Source of the DNA: Octopus bimaculoides
Lineage: Eukaryota
Length of the DNA stretch: 64,000 nt
Direction of reading: 5' to 3'
Assembly (NCBI RefSeq): GCF_001194135.2
Contig: NC_069001.1
Coordinates: forward strand, 23,484,481 to 23,548,480
Position numbers and translations under genes: made by a program
Notes under the pieces: generated by a model
Told to the model about the DNA's origin: nothing
Seen by the model: the letters and a program-made list of their open reading frames with translations, nothing else
Databases searched by the model: none
Shown here: in pieces, positions 60,111 to 64,000 of the stretch
Position numbering within the stretch: position 1 is the stretch's first letter
How the letters are laid out: every line of letters starts with the position of its first letter

Positions 60111-61659
60111 GCTTTTTGTTTAGGTCACCAGGGAAGACCTGATTGATCAAATCTCGGATCAAATGCATTTTAGTTGTGATCCTTTTCTTTTTAAGGTATT
60201 GAGCTCTGCTTTATTTTCCTATTGTGACCTTCCCTGTTGGATGTACGATGAGAGAAATTTAGCTACAAATTTTTTTTTTTTTTTAATCAAAGTGATGACA
60301 TAGAAGTCCTAAATAGTTCATTTGATTAAATGAGAAGGGAGAATTAATATCATAAACTGAACATATGCTTCTGTGTATCTGTAGTGGGACTCTATCCTTG
60401 TGTTGAACCAGTAAATTCTGGATGGCCATTAGATTTCTCTATTAAGCTACAGTTGAACAATCTTTTGTTTAGATCTGTATATATCCACAAAAATTCTCTT
60501 TCTACTAACTTAATTCTGAATTCAAATCATAGAAGAAAAAACAAAAGCACATCTTTTTAAAATATCTTTTAAAATTTTTCTAATCACTTCTTCTAACTTA
60601 ATTATACAACCATAAGCCATTACTGAATTAGTTTTAAATCCATTTTGTTTCTTCTAACAATGAATAAAAGACCTCCAAGATTTTTTTCCCTTGAGATGTT
60701 TTCACAGAAATAGTGCATAAATTTGAATGAAATATTCTTGTTGTGAAATTACAACATTTACTACTATCAATGGTATTTACATATGTCTGAAATATATATT
60801 CAATAAATTCAGTTATTCGTACATTTAGAGAGTGTTATTTATGTCTGCTTTAAAGACTGACTTTGCTTGTTTATTGGATGAAACAATGCATAGAACTAAC
60901 ATTATCAGCAAAATTTGCATTTTCTTGAAGGCTGTTATAAAAGACAAACTTTTTCTAAATGTATTTCTGTTCACGTAAAAATATAAATAGATTTTATTGA
61001 AATACAGACCAAGGAAATGTTTAGAGTGACTAGTTAAGTTTATTGAATTCTTGAAATGAAGAACTGTGTTCAAGTCTCAGCTCCTTCCAAAAATATGTTT
61101 GTATTGTTGTGCAGCCCTGAATAAACCATGATTGGACAGATTTATGATTAAAGACATTCCAATGGTGACCAACCTATCTTTTTCTAGACACGGTGCATAC
61201 AAAACCCCATCATCTGAGGTGTTTTTTTCCCCTAAGAGGTTGTTCCCTTGTCTTAACATCATGTGATGGTGGAAATATTTCCTTGCTTGGAAACAGGTGA
61301 GGATTGGTGACAGGAAAGGCATCAGGCTGTAGAAAATCTGCTTCAAGAAATTCTGTTTGATGCATGCAAGCATGGAATAGGGGGCATTCAAATGATGATG
61401 ATGAAGTTGTAAACTGAGAAAGGTTTGGCTATTGTTTCAAGCAGGAAAGATTTGACTTCTATTTCTAGCAAACTGAAGCCTTCTCTAGACACCAAAATTA
61501 GCTTCAACATTTTTCATTGGCTCACAACCCCTTATTGGTTCTTGGCTACCTCACTTGTCTTATAACTCCTTCATTGGCTGAAGGTTCCTTTATTAGCTCA
61601 AATCTCCTTTGTAAAAACTGGGAGAGTTGTAGAGACAGTAGAAAAAAAGAGTAAATCAC

Positions 61660-62300
61660 CACCACCATTTAATATCTGTTTTCCATATTGACATGAGTTG
61701 TATGGTGTGACACAAACCGATGAGTCAGAGGACTGCACTAAAGTTCAATGTCTGCTTTGGCATGGTTTCTATGGTTGGATGCCCTTCCTAATGCTAACCA
61801 CTTCACAGAATGTACAGGGTGCTTTTTAATATGGCAGTAAGGTCACAAAGTAACTCATAAGACAAGACCCTCCCTCAACTGAGGAGGAGGTGTAGTATTG
61901 AGGGAGATGGCTTTATGCCAGATAATGAGAGGTTAAAGTGTGATAGGAGAACAGGAACTGGTATCTTGCTGTAGAGGAGACACATGGATACCCCAGCTGG
62001 AAAAGAGAAAAGATGGTGATGATGGGTGTTGGGACAGGAAAGGGAATATTAGAGAAGTAGAAGCACAAGTGATGTGAAATATGGATGATGAATGAGAGTT
62101 GTACAGTGACAGGGAGAAGGTTAGAGGTACATAGGGTGGGGAAAATGGAAAGAGTTATTTAAGTGGTTGGAGTTGTCATTGGTAGAATGAGAGAGTGTAT
62201 AGTAGAAGAGTGTATGGGAAAGAGGCATTCAGTGAAAAATAAGATGCTCAGAGATGATACTAAGAAGGCAAAAAACAAGCAAATGGTTTCTAGAGAGACT
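61660..62300 (-). mobile_element. RTE 3' UTR and tail
   Basis: GGATGCCCTTCCTAATGCTAACCAC plus purine-rich extension. Confidence 0.7.
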
Positions 62301-62737
62301 GAGTTGGTGCATGAAAGGTGGGAGATGAAATGCATTCAGTTCCACTCTCATAGAATTACAGCAGCTGAATATAACCATCATGAGAGCCACTGCCTGATAC
62401 TGCATCAGGGCATTTCTTCTTCTTCTTCTTACTATTATTATCATCATCATCATCATCATAAAGATATTTCGGCATCTAGTGTGCCTTCCACAGGCACTCT
62501 TCATTTTTTTTTTGCTTCTGTATACCTACTGGAGGAGTTACCTCAATCCTATAAAATATTACCAAAAATGAAGTAGATTGACAAGTTTATTTTTTGAACC
62601 TGTGGAAGGCACACTAAATGCCGAAATATCGTTCACTTGATAACAACGGCACTCTTCTTATTTTTGCTTCTGTATACCTACTGGAGGAGTTGCCTCAATT
62701 CTTTAAAATATTATTATTATTATTATTATTATTATTA

Positions 62738-63105
62738 AAGTGGTAAGCTGGCAAAATCGTTAGCATGCTGGGCAAAATGCTCAGCAGAATTTTGTCTGCC
62801 TTTATGTTCCGAGTTCAAATTCTGTCAAGTTTGATTTTGCCATTCATCCTTGCGNNNNNNNNNNATATTATTATTATTATTATTATTATTATTAAAGTGG
62901 TAAGCTGGCAAAATCGTTAGCATGCTGGGCAAAATGCTCAGCAGAATTTTGTCTGCCTTTATGTTCCGAGTTCAAATTCTGTCAAGTTTGATTTTGCCAT
63001 TCATCCTTGCGGGGTTGATAAAAAAAAGTACCAGTTGAGCACTGGGGTCATTGTAATCAACTTCCTCCTTTACTGAAATTGCTGGCCTTGTGCCAAAAAT
63101 TTGCA
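62738..63105 (+). mobile_element. Family B SINE (5' part duplicated across a 10-N gap at 62855-62864)
   Basis: Identical about 140-bp sequence on both sides of the gap. Confidence 0.85.
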
Positions 63106-63597
63106 ACCCTCCTCCTCCTCGTCCTTCTTCCTTTTCTTCTTCTTCTTCTTCTTCTTTTTCTTCTTCTTCTTCTTCTTCTTCTTCTTCTTCTAGAAAAAAT
63201 GTAAAAAACACAAACTGAAATTCTAAACATAATCATGATAATTATACTTTATTTATCCTTAATGTTCTCTAGTTTAAACTATTTATATTCATATGCTATT
63301 AATACACTTTATAAAGCATTTTCTAAATAATACATCTTTTGACTTTATGTAAAAAAACAGTCTGCTTAAACGATTTTCATTTGATTTAACTATTGAGTTA
63401 GATGAATACAGTGAAGCTGAGGCACCAGTTTGGATCAAGACAATATTGTAGAACTAATAAAGCCATAATAGCTGTCTGTGATGGAAGATTAAGTTATTCT
63501 GGTGTTGTTCTTATTACATTCAAACTATTTTGAGATGTTTCAAGTCAAAAGTACATGCTAGCTATCTTGGCAGACAAATGTCATTCTGAGTGGGTGG

Positions 63598-63835
63598 GAG
63601 TAGTAATAACAGCAGCGGCAGCAGCAGCACTGTCACTGTCACTATAAGCACCACCAGCAACAGTAGTAGTAGTAGTAGTAGTAACAACAGCAGCAGCACT
63701 GCCACTGTCACTATAACCACCAGCAGCAACAGTAGTAGTAATAGTAGCAGTAGTAGTAGTAATAACAGCAGCATCAGTAGTAGTAGTAGTAGTAGCAGTA
63801 GCAGCAGCATTGTTATCCTCATCATCATCACCGTC
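63598..63835. repeat. Compound (AGT/AGC)n microsatellite with a duplicated higher-order unit
   Basis: CAGCAGCACTG(T/C)CACTGTCACTATAA occurs twice. Confidence 0.85.
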
Positions 63836-63837
63836 AT

Positions 63838-64000
63838 TAAGGCAGAGAGCTGGCAGAATTGTTACTGTGCTGGGCAAAATTCTCAGTGGCATTTTGCCCA
63901 TCTTTATGTTCTGTGTTTAAATCCTACTGAGGTCTACTTGGCCTTTCATCCTTTCGGGGTTGATAAAATTGCATCCTGGGGTTGATCTAATCGACTGCAC
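63838..64000 (+). mobile_element. Family B SINE, runs off the window end
   Basis: GGCAGAGAGCTGGCAGAATTG...GCCTTTCATCCTTTCGGGGTTGATAAAATT. Confidence 0.85.

Noticed and set aside
62716-63011. Exact tandem duplication of about 140 bp
   Set aside because: Identical copies flank a 10-N gap, the typical signature of unmerged overlapping contig ends.
63562-63985. Poly-Leu, poly-Thr and poly-Ser ORFs
   Set aside because: Trinucleotide microsatellite open in several frames, running into a SINE.

Overview
This is an AT-rich eukaryotic genomic window, almost certainly from an octopus-type cephalopod draft assembly. That assignment is inferred from the SINE and RTE repeat families and from the (TA)n-flanked scaffold gaps. 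No intact long ORF is present, and every long entry in the ORF track is an artefact of N-runs or microsatellites. The window is a dense mosaic of decayed mobile DNA: RTE LINE pieces and 3' tails; R4/Dong-like (restriction-like endonuclease) LINE pieces; at least four Penelope-like (PLE) fragments; Tc1, Tigger/pogo, hAT-Charlie and Chapaev-like transposon remnants; TTAA-flanked piggyBac-type MITEs; four tRNA-derived SINE families; and many microsatellites. A few weak, short minus-strand exon candidates may belong to an unidentified long-intron host gene. The most interesting signal is a set of type I hammerhead ribozyme (HHR) motifs. One is nearly perfect (21773-21844), and one can be fully reconstructed from two neighbouring copies (53377-53436 and 53730-53789). 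Several sit inside short inverted-repeat elements next to (TA)n tracts, which suggests a family of non-autonomous, ribozyme-bearing Penelope derivatives that look like MITEs. All family assignments are from motif recognition by eye, and coordinates of decayed repeats are approximate.
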